Origin: a bacterium
GTDB lineage: Bacteria > UBA6262 > WVXT01
NCBI GenBank assembly: GCA_046759165.1
Contig: JBHIBS010000001.1
Coordinates: 1-64,000 of the forward strand
DNA length: 64,000 nt
Direction: 5' to 3'
Shown in pieces: positions 34,136 through 43,116 of the stretch. The notes under the pieces are model-generated. The model was not told the DNA's origin, ran no database searches, and saw only the letters and a program-made list of their open reading frames with translations. The number at the start of each line of letters is the position of its first letter. Position 1 is the first letter of the stretch. Position numbers and translations under genes: made by a program.

Positions 34136-35078
34136 TCTGTTCTATCCCTATATCCTTTCTTAATTTGGTAATTACCTTTTTGAATTCCTTGGGGAAGGGG
34201 GCAGTAAATTCCACCCAATCCTTTCTAACAGGATGAACGAATCCCAATCTATATGCATGTAGGAGCTGTTGGCTCACCTCCCAATTCTTTGGAGCGGGCC
34301 GCCCATACTGACCATCTCCCACAACAGGATGTCCGATGTGTGCCAGATGGACCCTTATCTGATGCGTCCTCCCTGTCTTTGGTCTTACCTCCAAAAGTGT
34401 AAAATCTCCTAAAATTTCACGCACTCTAAAATGGGTAATTGCTTGGCGGCTACTTATCGAGGTCACAGCCATCTTCCTCCGGTCTGTAGTCTTTCTACCC
34501 ACTGGCGCCTCGATAGTTCCTTCTGGATTCATAATTTTCCCGAAAACTAAGGCCAGATACACCTTTTCCACTTTCTTATCCTCAAACTGTTTTGCCAAAC
34601 GGGACAAGGAGGTGCTATTCTTGGCAACAACCATAACCCCAGAAGTGTCCTTATCCAAGCGGTGAACAAGCCCCACTCGATTAATATCAGGAAATTTTCC
34701 GCTGGCTAAACTGGGGAAATGGTATAGAAGAGCATTCACCAATGTGCCCGAATAGTTTCCACATGCGGGATGAACTACCATGCCAGCCGGTTTGTTGAGC
34801 ACAATTACAGCTTCATCTTCATAGATGATATTCAGAGGAATTTTTTCAGGAAGGGCCTTGTGAGGCTTGACTGGGAGTAAGTTTATGGTAACTACATCTT
34901 TTCCCTTGACTTTATAATGTCTGGAGACAGTCTTGCCGTTAACTAGTATATCTCCCTCCGCAATCATCTTTTGCAGGGAGCTTCTGGAATGGCCTGGAAA
35001 AGAAAAAGACAAATATAAGTCGAGTCTCTTCCCTTTTTCGCCCTTACGCACAACAAATTCTTTTGTCTCGTTAACCAA
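34071..35078 (-). CDS. rluD: RluA-family 23S pseudouridine synthase (S4 domain, RluD-like)
   Basis: RLD.YL, NKPAGMVVHP, VHRLDKDTSG, TGRTHQIRVH. Confidence 0.92.
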   Translation of the reverse strand: MVNETKEFVVRKGEKGKRLDLYLSFSFPGHSRSSLQKMIAEGDILVNGKTVSRHYKVKGKDVVTINLLPVKPHKALPEKIPLNIIYEDEAVIVLNKPAGMVVHPACGNYSGTLVNALLYHFPSLASGKFPDINRVGLVHRLDKDTSGVMVVAKNSTSLSRLAKQFEDKKVEKVYLALVFGKIMNPEGTIEAPVGRKTTDRRKMAVTSISSRQAITHFRVREILGDFTLLEVRPKTGRTHQIRVHLAHIGHPVVGDGQYGRPAPKNWEVSQQLLHAYRLGFVHPVRKDWVEFTAPFPKEFKKVITKLRKDIGIEQNGREKKISRIVQKQRPSELQN

Positions 35079-35520
35079 CGGTTTTCTCCTTACTTGGCCG
35101 CTTCTTTAAAAGAAAAAAAACCATAAGAATGCCGCCAATACAGACACCCGAATCGGCAAGGTTAAATACAGGCCAGATGCGGAAATCTAAAAAATCGATT
35201 ACAAATCCGAACCTCAACCTGTCAATAAGATTACCCAAAGCACCACCCAAAACTAACCCTAAACAGAACCTTTCCCTTGGGGACTTGAGAGCCTTTTTTC
35301 TTTCAAAAAAGACAATAAATAGAATAACAATTAAGGAAATAATGATAAAAAGAGAGTGCCCTTGAGGAAAAAGCCCGAAGGCAATGCCAGTATTCTCAAC
35401 ATAAGTGATGTGGAATACACTCTGTATAACTGGAATTGACTCAGTAAGAGACATCTTTTGTCTGATTAAATACTTAGAGAGTTGGTCCAGAGATAGTAGA
35501 ATTAGAGCAATTAAGTACAC
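35071..35520 (-). CDS. lspA: Lipoprotein signal peptidase
   Basis: DQLSK, NTGIAFG, GALGNLIDR, VIDF, FNLAD. Confidence 0.97.
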   Translation of the reverse strand: MYLIALILLSLDQLSKYLIRQKMSLTESIPVIQSVFHITYVENTGIAFGLFPQGHSLFIIISLIVILFIVFFERKKALKSPRERFCLGLVLGGALGNLIDRLRFGFVIDFLDFRIWPVFNLADSGVCIGGILMVFFLLKKRPSKEKTVG

Positions 35521-35553
35521 TAAATCTTTATCCTCCGGTCGGGAGAATTGCTC

Positions 35554-38388
35554 TCACAGATTCCTCACCACTTCTACACATCTTGCACAAAGCTGGGGAT
35601 GCTCTCTGTTCCCCCCGACAGCGGGACTCCAGTTCCAGCAGCGCACGCACTTTTTTCCCGGGGCCCTTTTCACCACCATATATAGTCCGGGTATCTCTTC
35701 ACCTTTCATCATGGCTTTTGATTTGTCCTTCCCTACCTCGGACGACACTAATGGTACTTCCTCGAAAACCTTCACTTCAGAAACAATGAAAATCTCCTTC
35801 CAATTTCTCTCATAATTATGGAGGAGGGTGGTCAGCTCCTTTTCCTGGGTATAAAGGTCCACTTCTGCTTCAAGAGAACTCCCGATAATCTTCTCCTTTC
35901 GCGCAATCTCCAGTGCCTTCACAACACTTCTCCTAATGAGCAAAATCTTCTCCCACTTCTTTGCCAATTGTTCGTCCCAATACTTTTTCTCCACCCGAGG
36001 AAGATTGGTCAAAAAGACACTCGGCTCCTTAATTTCTGGCATCATCTGCCACGCCTCTTCGGCAGTATGTGCCAGAATTGGTGCAGTGAGCTTAATCAAA
36101 CTTACTGCTATCTCATAAAGAACTGTCTGAGCGGACCTTCTGGGAAGAGAATTTCTGCCAAAAGTATAGAGCCTGTCCTTAAGCACATCCAGATAGAACG
36201 AGGAGAGCTCTCTGGTGCAGAAATTGTGGATAGCCGTATAAACCCGATGTAATTCGAAAGATTCGTAACCATCTACCACTTGGGAAATCAATTCCTGCAA
36301 TCTATGGAGCATCCACTGATCGATTTCTGACATATGTTCGTATCTTACCTTTTTTGAAAGATTGAAATCGTTCAAGTTTCCTAAAAGGAAACGGAAAGTG
36401 TTTCTGATCCGTCGATAAGCCTCGACGAGATGACCGAGAATCTCTGAGGAAATGCGCACATCTTCACGGTAGTCTTCCGAAGCAACCCATAGCCTTAAAA
36501 TCTCAGCACCATACTTTTCGATAATTTCCTGAGGTGAAATTACATTACCTATCGATTTGGACATTTTTCTGCCTTCACCATCAACAACAAACCCATGAGT
36601 TAAAACACTCTTAAAGGGAGCCGTCTTTCCCAGGGCAACTGCAACAATTAACGAGGTCTGAAACCAACCTCTGTGCTGGTCTGAGCCCTCCAAGTATAAG
36701 TCTGCGGGCCAGGATAGGTTTTCTCGCTCTCTCAGAACAGCTTCATGACTAACTCCGGAATCGAACCAGACATCCAGAATATCTTTCTCTTTAATGAATT
36801 CCCTTTCTTTGCACCTGCGGCACTTTGTACCTCCTGGCAGAATTTCTTCTTCTTTTCTTATATACCAAGCATCGCTTCCCTCTCTCAGAATCAAATCCTG
36901 GACAGCACCTATGCTCTCTTCAGACATCAGCGGTTCCCCACAATTTTTACAGTAGAAGATGGGAAGTGGAACTCCCCAATACCTTTGGCGGGAAAGACAC
37001 CAATCTGGTCTCCCTTCCACCATCGCCGAGATTCTATTTTCTCCAATTTTGGGAATCCACTTCACCTCTCTTATTGCTTCCAGCATCTTTTCCCTAAGCT
37101 TGTTCTTATGCACATCCAGAAACCACTGTTCTGTAGCCCGGAAAATAATCGGCTTCTTGCAGCGCCAACAATGGGGATAGGTGTGGACAATCTCTTCGGA
37201 GTGCAGAAGGTGAGAGGAATTCCTCAATTTTTCTATAATTAGCATGTTAGAAGAAAAAACTTCCACTCCTGAGAATTGTGGAACTTCCTCGGTAAACCTT
37301 CCTTTATCATCTACAGGAGCTAGAACCGGAAGCTCATATTTCAACCCAATCTGGTAATCTTCCTGTCCGTGGCCTGGAGCAATGTGAACTATCCCGGTCC
37401 CTTCTTCTATGGTCACGAAATTGGCACAGATGCCGACAGAATCCCTTCCCATAAAAGGATGAGAGCAGACAATTCCTTCGAGATCTTTACCTTTCCAAAC
37501 CTTCAGAATATTATAATTTTCGATTCCAAATCTTTCCATCAGATTTGATGTTAATTCCTTAGCTACAATTATTACTTCTTCTTTTGAAGAAGGATGCGAA
37601 GGAGATAACTTTACCCATGCATATTCATATTCTGGGTGAAAAGCAAAAGCTACATTGGCGGGTAAAGTCCAGGGAGTTGTTGTCCAGATTACAACGGAAG
37701 TAGGAAGTATAAATTGACTCTCTTTGTCTTTTCCCAACTTCTTGACTGGGAATTTCGCATAGACAGAATGGGAAGTGTGATTGGAATACTCCACTTCGGC
37801 TTCGGCCAGAGCTGTCTGGCAATTTGCACACCAATAGACTGGCTTCTTTCCTCTATAAATATAACCTTGCGCAACAAGACGTTTGAATATCTCGATGATT
37901 TTACCCTCGTAATCGTAAGACATTGTTAAATAGGGATTTTCCCAGTCACCAAAAATGCCCAATCGCTTGAACTCTTCTTTCTGAATGTGGGCAAACTCTT
38001 CCGCATAAGCCCGCGCTTTCCTCCGGAATTCAACCCTGTCTATCTCTTCTTTCCTAAGACCCAGGCTCTTTAACAGTTGGTATTCGATAGGCAGCCCATG
38101 GCAATCCCATCCAGGAACGAAAGGAACACTGAACCCTTCCATCAATTTAAATTTAATGACTATATCCTTAAGAATCTTATTCAAGGCATGCCCCATATGG
38201 ATGTTTCCATTAGCATAAGGTGGACCATCATGAAGGACATACCTGGGTCCATTCTTATTCTTTTCCTGGATAGCTTCGTACGATCTCATCTCTTCCCATC
38301 TTTTCTGTATCTGCAGTTCGCGTTTTGGCAAATCGGCTTTCATCTGAAACTGAGTAGTGGGAAGGTTTATTGTCTTATTGTATTCCAT
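35554..38388 (-). CDS. ileS: Isoleucine-tRNA ligase (type 1)
   Basis: HDGPPYANG, HMGH, WTTTPWT, GSDQHRGWF, KMSKS, C-terminal CVRCW zinc finger. Confidence 0.98.
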   Translation of the reverse strand: MEYNKTINLPTTQFQMKADLPKRELQIQKRWEEMRSYEAIQEKNKNGPRYVLHDGPPYANGNIHMGHALNKILKDIVIKFKLMEGFSVPFVPGWDCHGLPIEYQLLKSLGLRKEEIDRVEFRRKARAYAEEFAHIQKEEFKRLGIFGDWENPYLTMSYDYEGKIIEIFKRLVAQGYIYRGKKPVYWCANCQTALAEAEVEYSNHTSHSVYAKFPVKKLGKDKESQFILPTSVVIWTTTPWTLPANVAFAFHPEYEYAWVKLSPSHPSSKEEVIIVAKELTSNLMERFGIENYNILKVWKGKDLEGIVCSHPFMGRDSVGICANFVTIEEGTGIVHIAPGHGQEDYQIGLKYELPVLAPVDDKGRFTEEVPQFSGVEVFSSNMLIIEKLRNSSHLLHSEEIVHTYPHCWRCKKPIIFRATEQWFLDVHKNKLREKMLEAIREVKWIPKIGENRISAMVEGRPDWCLSRQRYWGVPLPIFYCKNCGEPLMSEESIGAVQDLILREGSDAWYIRKEEEILPGGTKCRRCKEREFIKEKDILDVWFDSGVSHEAVLRERENLSWPADLYLEGSDQHRGWFQTSLIVAVALGKTAPFKSVLTHGFVVDGEGRKMSKSIGNVISPQEIIEKYGAEILRLWVASEDYREDVRISSEILGHLVEAYRRIRNTFRFLLGNLNDFNLSKKVRYEHMSEIDQWMLHRLQELISQVVDGYESFELHRVYTAIHNFCTRELSSFYLDVLKDRLYTFGRNSLPRRSAQTVLYEIAVSLIKLTAPILAHTAEEAWQMMPEIKEPSVFLTNLPRVEKKYWDEQLAKKWEKILLIRRSVVKALEIARKEKIIGSSLEAEVDLYTQEKELTTLLHNYERNWKEIFIVSEVKVFEEVPLVSSEVGKDKSKAMMKGEEIPGLYMVVKRAPGKKCVRCWNWSPAVGGNREHPQLCARCVEVVRNL

Positions 38389-39436
38389 TTTTCAATCTTC
38401 TAGGGTGAAAAAACCTGACCATTTTCTTTCTATTGGGATGCCTGATAACACTTCTCTCAGTTATAATAGCACTCACTAACTCATGTGGTGTAAGGTCAAA
38501 AGCCGGGTTGAAGACAGCCATATTTTGGGGAGCAATTCTCCTTCCCTGTAATTCCAGAACTTCCTTGGGATCCCTCTCCTCAATCACGATATCGCCACCC
38601 TTATGAGTCCTCATATCAACAGTGGTGGAAGGAGCCGCAACGTAGAAGGGAACATCGTGATACCTCGCTAAAACAGCTAAAGCATAGGTCCCGATCTTGT
38701 TAACCACATCGCCATTTGCGGCAATTCGGTCGGCGCCCACAATGACACAACCGACAACGCCCTTCTGCATGAGATGCCCAGCCATATTATCGGTCACCAA
38801 AACAGATGGGATCTTATCATGAACAAGCTCCCACGCGGTCAGACGGGCTCCCTGCAGTGCCGGACGTGTCTCATCCACAAAAACTTTCTTTATCCTGCCT
38901 TTGCTGTAAGCTGCTCTAATCACCCCCAGGGCTGTTCCATAACCTGCTGTAGCCAGTGAACCTGTATTGCAATGAGTAAGAATATTGGCCGGCTTATTAA
39001 TTAACTTCAGTCCATTTTTGCCAATTTGTTTGTTTAATCTAATGTCCTCTTTTAGCATATTAATGGCTTCCTTTTCAAGAGTATATTTGATCTCTTGTAA
39101 AGATTTCTTACAGTTCTTTCTGGCTAAGCCAAAGAGCCTCTCAATTGCCCAGAAGAGATTTGCTCCCGTTGGTCGGGTGTGTAAGAATCGATTTGCTATG
39201 GCGTCTAACTTTTTGAAGAACTCATCTCTGCTTCTGGCCTTGATACTTCTTGCACCCAGAGCCAGTCCCATAGCAGAAGCAATGCCAATAGCAGGAGCGC
39301 CGCGGATCGACATCCTTTCAATACAACGGGCAACTTTCTGGTAGTTCTTACACTCAATTACTTCTTCTTTATGAGGGAGCTTAGTCTGATCTAAGATATA
39401 GACTTTTCCTTCTTTCCACCAGATTGTCTTAACCAT
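38375..39436 (-). CDS. mtnA: Methylthioribose-1-phosphate isomerase
   Basis: LDQTKLP, RGAPAIG, RPT..NL, THCNTGSLAT, GADRI..NGD..NKIGTY, NPAFD. Confidence 0.95.
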   Translation of the reverse strand: MVKTIWWKEGKVYILDQTKLPHKEEVIECKNYQKVARCIERMSIRGAPAIGIASAMGLALGARSIKARSRDEFFKKLDAIANRFLHTRPTGANLFWAIERLFGLARKNCKKSLQEIKYTLEKEAINMLKEDIRLNKQIGKNGLKLINKPANILTHCNTGSLATAGYGTALGVIRAAYSKGRIKKVFVDETRPALQGARLTAWELVHDKIPSVLVTDNMAGHLMQKGVVGCVIVGADRIAANGDVVNKIGTYALAVLARYHDVPFYVAAPSTTVDMRTHKGGDIVIEERDPKEVLELQGRRIAPQNMAVFNPAFDLTPHELVSAIITERSVIRHPNRKKMVRFFHPRRLKNGIQ

Positions 39437-39439
39437 TTT

Positions 39440-39724
39440 CTATTTTATTATGAAAGAACCTACCAGCCAAAAGAGTAGAACAAATATCACCAGAAGTGTG
39501 ATGGAAAGGGTAGACTCTTCCTGAATCGGTATAAACTTCCGCGCCTGATTGAGGATGAGCTCCGAAAAGTCCTTAATAATCGGCCCACCCAAAACGGTGC
39601 TTAAATCTTTGCCTTGCCTGGTCAGAATGAACTTGGCTAAGACTACAAGGAACAGGATAATTAACAAACTGTTAATCAGGCAACCGAGGACATTTAGTAG
39701 AAATTGCATATCCCCTCCTCTCAA
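39440..39724 (-). CDS. Small membrane protein, probable divergent YggT
   Basis: Two TM segments around L...RKFIP; directly after yggS-proC. Confidence 0.6.
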   Translation of the reverse strand: MRGGDMQFLLNVLGCLINSLLIILFLVVLAKFILTRQGKDLSTVLGGPIIKDFSELILNQARKFIPIQEESTLSITLLVIFVLLFWLVGSFIIK

Positions 39725-40723
39725 TTAACCTGCGCTTAGCCCTTTTGACCTTCTAGCAGCCTCCTTCACGGCTGCAATCAAAATTTTCTGGAATCCTTCT
39801 TCCTCAAGATATTTCAACGCAGCTTCAGTTGTTCCGCCAGGTGATGTCACTTTTGCCCTTAAAACTTGAGGACTTTCCCCTATCTCCATAACCATTCTTG
39901 CTGCACCGAGGACCGTCTGACCAACCAGGTTTCTCGCATCCTCCTCCGACAAACCCATCTCCATTCCCGCCTCAATTAGGGATTCAATGATGTAGAATAT
40001 ATACGCTGGACCGCTACCCGACAAGGCAGTTACTGCATCGAGCATCTCTTCAGGAACCTTAACCACAATTCCCACTCCACGCATCATCTGTTCTGCAATC
40101 GCCTCCTCCCCTTCACCTGCATATTTACCTGGGGAGACACCTGAGGCACCTGTCTTGACCAGAGCAGGAGTATTGGGCATCACTCTAACCACTGGAACTT
40201 CTCTGCCAAGAGTCTCCTCTATAAAGCCCGTAGTAATTCCAGCAGCGATGGAGATAATTACTTTATCTCTTGTCACGACATCCTTAATTTCAGAAAGAAC
40301 CTTCCCGATTACCTGGGGCTTTACAGCCAAAACAATAACATCGCTCTTCTCCGCTGCTTCTCTGTTGTCCTTGGTAGTGGAGACTCCTTCCCTTTCACTG
40401 ATATGCTCAAGCCGCTTAGGTCTAATATCAGTAGCCAAAACTTTATCCCTACTAATGAGTCCGCTCCTCAGAACTCCGGAGATCAATGCGCTACCCATAT
40501 TTCCACACCCAATGAAGGCTACCCTTTTCTCTCTCAATAAATCTCTTTTCTCCTCAGGAACCACACCGGATGAACTTTTCCTCCTTTCTCCTTTACGACG
40601 TTCAACAAAGGGAGGCCTTCCTCCGCCAGGACGGCGTCTTTCTCCCTTTCTCTTCTCTTCTCTCCGGAACTTTTGGCTATTTCGTTTCATAACTTTCCTT
40701 CTCACATTATTTTTATCGCCCAA
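39725..40723 (-). CDS. proC: Pyrroline-5-carboxylate reductase with Arg-rich N-terminal extension (start may be ATG 40690)
   Basis: [35 protein letters not shown]. Confidence 0.96.
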   Translation of the reverse strand: MGDKNNVRRKVMKRNSQKFRREEKRKGERRRPGGGRPPFVERRKGERRKSSSGVVPEEKRDLLREKRVAFIGCGNMGSALISGVLRSGLISRDKVLATDIRPKRLEHISEREGVSTTKDNREAAEKSDVIVLAVKPQVIGKVLSEIKDVVTRDKVIISIAAGITTGFIEETLGREVPVVRVMPNTPALVKTGASGVSPGKYAGEGEEAIAEQMMRGVGIVVKVPEEMLDAVTALSGSGPAYIFYIIESLIEAGMEMGLSEEDARNLVGQTVLGAARMVMEIGESPQVLRAKVTSPGGTTEAALKYLEEEGFQKILIAAVKEAARRSKGLSAG

Positions 40724-41393
40724 AGATTGCCGTTCCTATCCGCACCATGTTTGAGCCTTCCTCAATAGCCACTTCAAAGTCATTACTCATACCCATCGAG
40801 AGGTATACCGTTTCCACATTCTTTATATTCTCAGCTCTTACTTCCTCCGTCAGCTCCCTCAGTTTTCTAAAGTAGGGTCTACAATCCTCCGGATTTTCAT
40901 AAAGGGGTGCCATGGTCATCAGTCCTTCAACCTTTATGTTGGAAAGTCCACTAACTTCTTTCAGAAAAGTGATTACCTCTTCAGGCCTCAATCCATACTT
41001 CGATTCTTCGCCCGATACATTCACTTCAATTAATATTTTCTGTATCTTCCCGACTTTTCTGGCCTGCTTGTCAATCTCTTTCGCCAATTTAGCGCTGTCC
41101 ACGGAATGGATTAAATCAAAAATTTTGATGGCATCCTTTGCCTTGTTCCTCTGCAAGTGCCCTACCAAGTGCCAGATAACTCTATTGTCTACTTTTGCAT
41201 ATTTTTCTTTTGCTTCCTGAACTCGGCTCTCACCAATAATATTTGCTCCCGAGGCTATTGCCTCTTCAATCCTATCCACCTCTACTGTTTTGGTCACTGC
41301 CACCAGAGTTATCTCCTGAGGATCTCGACCGACCAATTGCGACTTCACTCGGATCTTCTCACCAATTTTTTCTAAATTTTCCTTTATCGACAT
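40713..41393 (-). CDS. yggS: PLP homeostasis protein YggS
   Basis: [39 protein letters not shown]. Confidence 0.97.
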   Translation of the reverse strand: MSIKENLEKIGEKIRVKSQLVGRDPQEITLVAVTKTVEVDRIEEAIASGANIIGESRVQEAKEKYAKVDNRVIWHLVGHLQRNKAKDAIKIFDLIHSVDSAKLAKEIDKQARKVGKIQKILIEVNVSGEESKYGLRPEEVITFLKEVSGLSNIKVEGLMTMAPLYENPEDCRPYFRKLRELTEEVRAENIKNVETVYLSMGMSNDFEVAIEEGSNMVRIGTAIFGR

Positions 41394-41639
41394 ATTTTAT
41401 CTATAATGTACTGCTCTCCAACGCTCCTTGGTTAATTCTGTAACCATTTTCAATTCCATTATGGTCGGCACTTTTGCCATTTGATTTTATTTTTCCTTTA
41501 TTTCTTCATTTGAGTAGCAAATTCCAGAACCAAAAAACTCATCAAGATTCGATACTTTTCCTTTTAAACAACAGAAGAACTACATTGTAGAATTGGTCTT
41601 TAATTTTTGAAAAAACCTGTTACCACAGCCGTTCTAGGG

Positions 41640-41937
41640 TCAAAAGACCTGCGGCCTATTGTTTGCCTCTCGGCAAAAAAAAGTTTTAGACGACTTATGC
41701 GTCTACCTTTAGTCGGGCGAAAGGGAAGTCTAAATCAAGAGTTAATGAAATCCTCGAAGAAACTGCTAGAGAATTTTCTAGAAGGAGAGAAGCTCCCCGG
41801 GAACTCAAACCGGCTGTCTCTAGAGAGAAACTCGTTGGAATAGTACTTGGCAAATTCTTAATTCTTACTTTAACAGGGATCCGTGCTAAAACCCTTATCG
41901 ATGCCCTTCTATCTGCTGAAGTTAAGAGGCTCTTGAT
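41640..41937 (-). pseudogene. PilZ-domain gene, decayed
   Basis: One frame reads IKSLLTSADRRASIRVLARIPVKV...ETAGLSSRGASLLLE...ISLTLDLDFPFARLKVDA*VV*NFFLPRGKQ*AAGL: RxxxR motif, degenerate (D/N)xSxxG, three stops, ATC after an AAGGAG RBS. Confidence 0.75.
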
Positions 41938-41957
41938 TCTCTTCTCCTTTCCAGAAT

Positions 41958-42137
41958 TTAATGGTACTTGCTATTCGATTTTTGCTTCACCCAAGAATCT
42001 ATTTCTGACTTGTTGTAACGCCACTGTTTCCCAATTTTCGAGGCAGGAATTTTACCCTGTCTGGTCATTTTGTAAACTGTAACCTTACTCAACCTAAGAT
42101 AATCTGCTACTTCTTTTATAGTCATTAATCTTTGCAT
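41958..42137 (-). CDS. 59-aa excisionase-family / BldC-like HTH_17 DNA-binding protein (not in ORF track)
   Basis: MQRLMTIKEVADYLRLSKVTVYKMTRQGKIPASKIGKQWRYNKSEIDSWVKQKSNSKYH; RBS AAAGGGGAG. Confidence 0.92.
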   Translation of the reverse strand: MQRLMTIKEVADYLRLSKVTVYKMTRQGKIPASKIGKQWRYNKSEIDSWVKQKSNSKYH

Positions 42138-42170
42138 TATCTCCCCTTTCCATTCTTCTGGTCCTTTATT

Positions 42171-42236
42171 ATATCTTTTGATATCTTTTGACTTTTCGTA
42201 ATATTTAATGATATATCATACCCAAAAAGAAGTCAA
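42171..42236 (-). promoter_or_regulatory. Promoter of the HTH gene with phased 10-bp direct repeats
   Basis: TTGACT-17nt-TATCAT (42236-42208); ATATCTTTTG twice at 42171-42190. Confidence 0.65.
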
Positions 42237-42991
42237 GAAAAATTTAGTTGAATTATTGCCATAAGGCGTCCGGCGGAGTCTTTATCTCGGCGATAAGAAA
42301 AGAAATTCTTATCTTCATAAGTACAAATGGGAGTTATTTCTATATTTTCCGGGAGAACCCCCGCTCGCTGCAACTGGTAAGAATTTGCCTTAGCCAAATC
42401 GATGGACCAAGATTTTTCGTAGGAGGCTTGAGCCTTTGCTTGAAGGGATTCGGAAATTACCGAGGCTAAAACTTGTATTCCAAAGGACTCAAAGCACTCG
42501 GTGAAAGCTTTTGCTACTGGGTACCAAGAGACTCTATAACATTCTTTGCAAATATGCGGTCCAATGGCTACAAGAAGATTTTCTGCTTTTACTCCGAAAA
42601 CCTCCGACATCATCTCCACTGCTTTGGCGGAAATATTGGCAACTGTGCTTCGCCAACCCCCGTGCAGGAGACCCACTATTTTCCTTTGCGGGTCGAAAAG
42701 GAATATGGGTGGGCAATCTGCAACAAATATGGCAAGAGGAACATTGGGTAGGTCAGTAATAAGTCCGTCTGTAATTGGAATTTCTCTGCCCAAATCTTTC
42801 TCTCTAACTATAGCGATGCTATTCTTGTGTACTTGATCTCCAGTAGTGATTCGAGAATACGGTATGTTCAATCGGTAGGCTATCTGTCTTCTCTTTTCCG
42901 GGAATTTTGAATTGCCTGCATTGCGAGTTGTAATGCCAGCCAAAACGGGAAACCTGGAATTAAAGGAGATGGGAAGAAAGAAGTCTTCCAT
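42233..42991 (-). CDS. pgeF: PgeF/YfiH multicopper polyphenol oxidase-like protein
   Basis: QVH, DGLIT, ADCPPI, HGGWR, IGPHI...CY, FFSYRR. Confidence 0.93.
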   Translation of the reverse strand: MEDFFLPISFNSRFPVLAGITTRNAGNSKFPEKRRQIAYRLNIPYSRITTGDQVHKNSIAIVREKDLGREIPITDGLITDLPNVPLAIFVADCPPIFLFDPQRKIVGLLHGGWRSTVANISAKAVEMMSEVFGVKAENLLVAIGPHICKECYRVSWYPVAKAFTECFESFGIQVLASVISESLQAKAQASYEKSWSIDLAKANSYQLQRAGVLPENIEITPICTYEDKNFFSYRRDKDSAGRLMAIIQLNFS

Positions 42992-43040
42992 TTAGCCATT
43001 AAAATATGCACCCTGCACGATTTGAAATTGTACCTACAAA

Positions 43041-43108
43041 TGTCACTGCCAGCGACCGAAAAGAGCGTGGTTCTGACTAGTCGAGACCTCACTTCGTTCG
43101 CAATGACA
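43041..43108. repeat. REP/MITE-like element, second family, copy 2
   Basis: TGTCACTGC...GCAATGACA terminal inverted repeat; internal GAGCGTGG..TCGAGA..CTTCGT shared with 4036-4088. Confidence 0.6.
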
Positions 43109-43116
43109 GTGCATAA

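Noticed and set aside
41656..41697. Stop-codon recoding to rescue the PilZ frame
   Set aside because: The stops are mixed TAA/TAG, and all three stop codons terminate normal genes in this window.
41607..41843. Plus-strand 78-aa ORF / possible transposase remnant
   Set aside because: It is antisense to the PilZ relic, which explains the region better; no transposase motif.
41958..42137. Excisionase as evidence of a prophage or ICE
   Set aside because: No integrase, att-like repeat or phage gene nearby; flanks are core genes.
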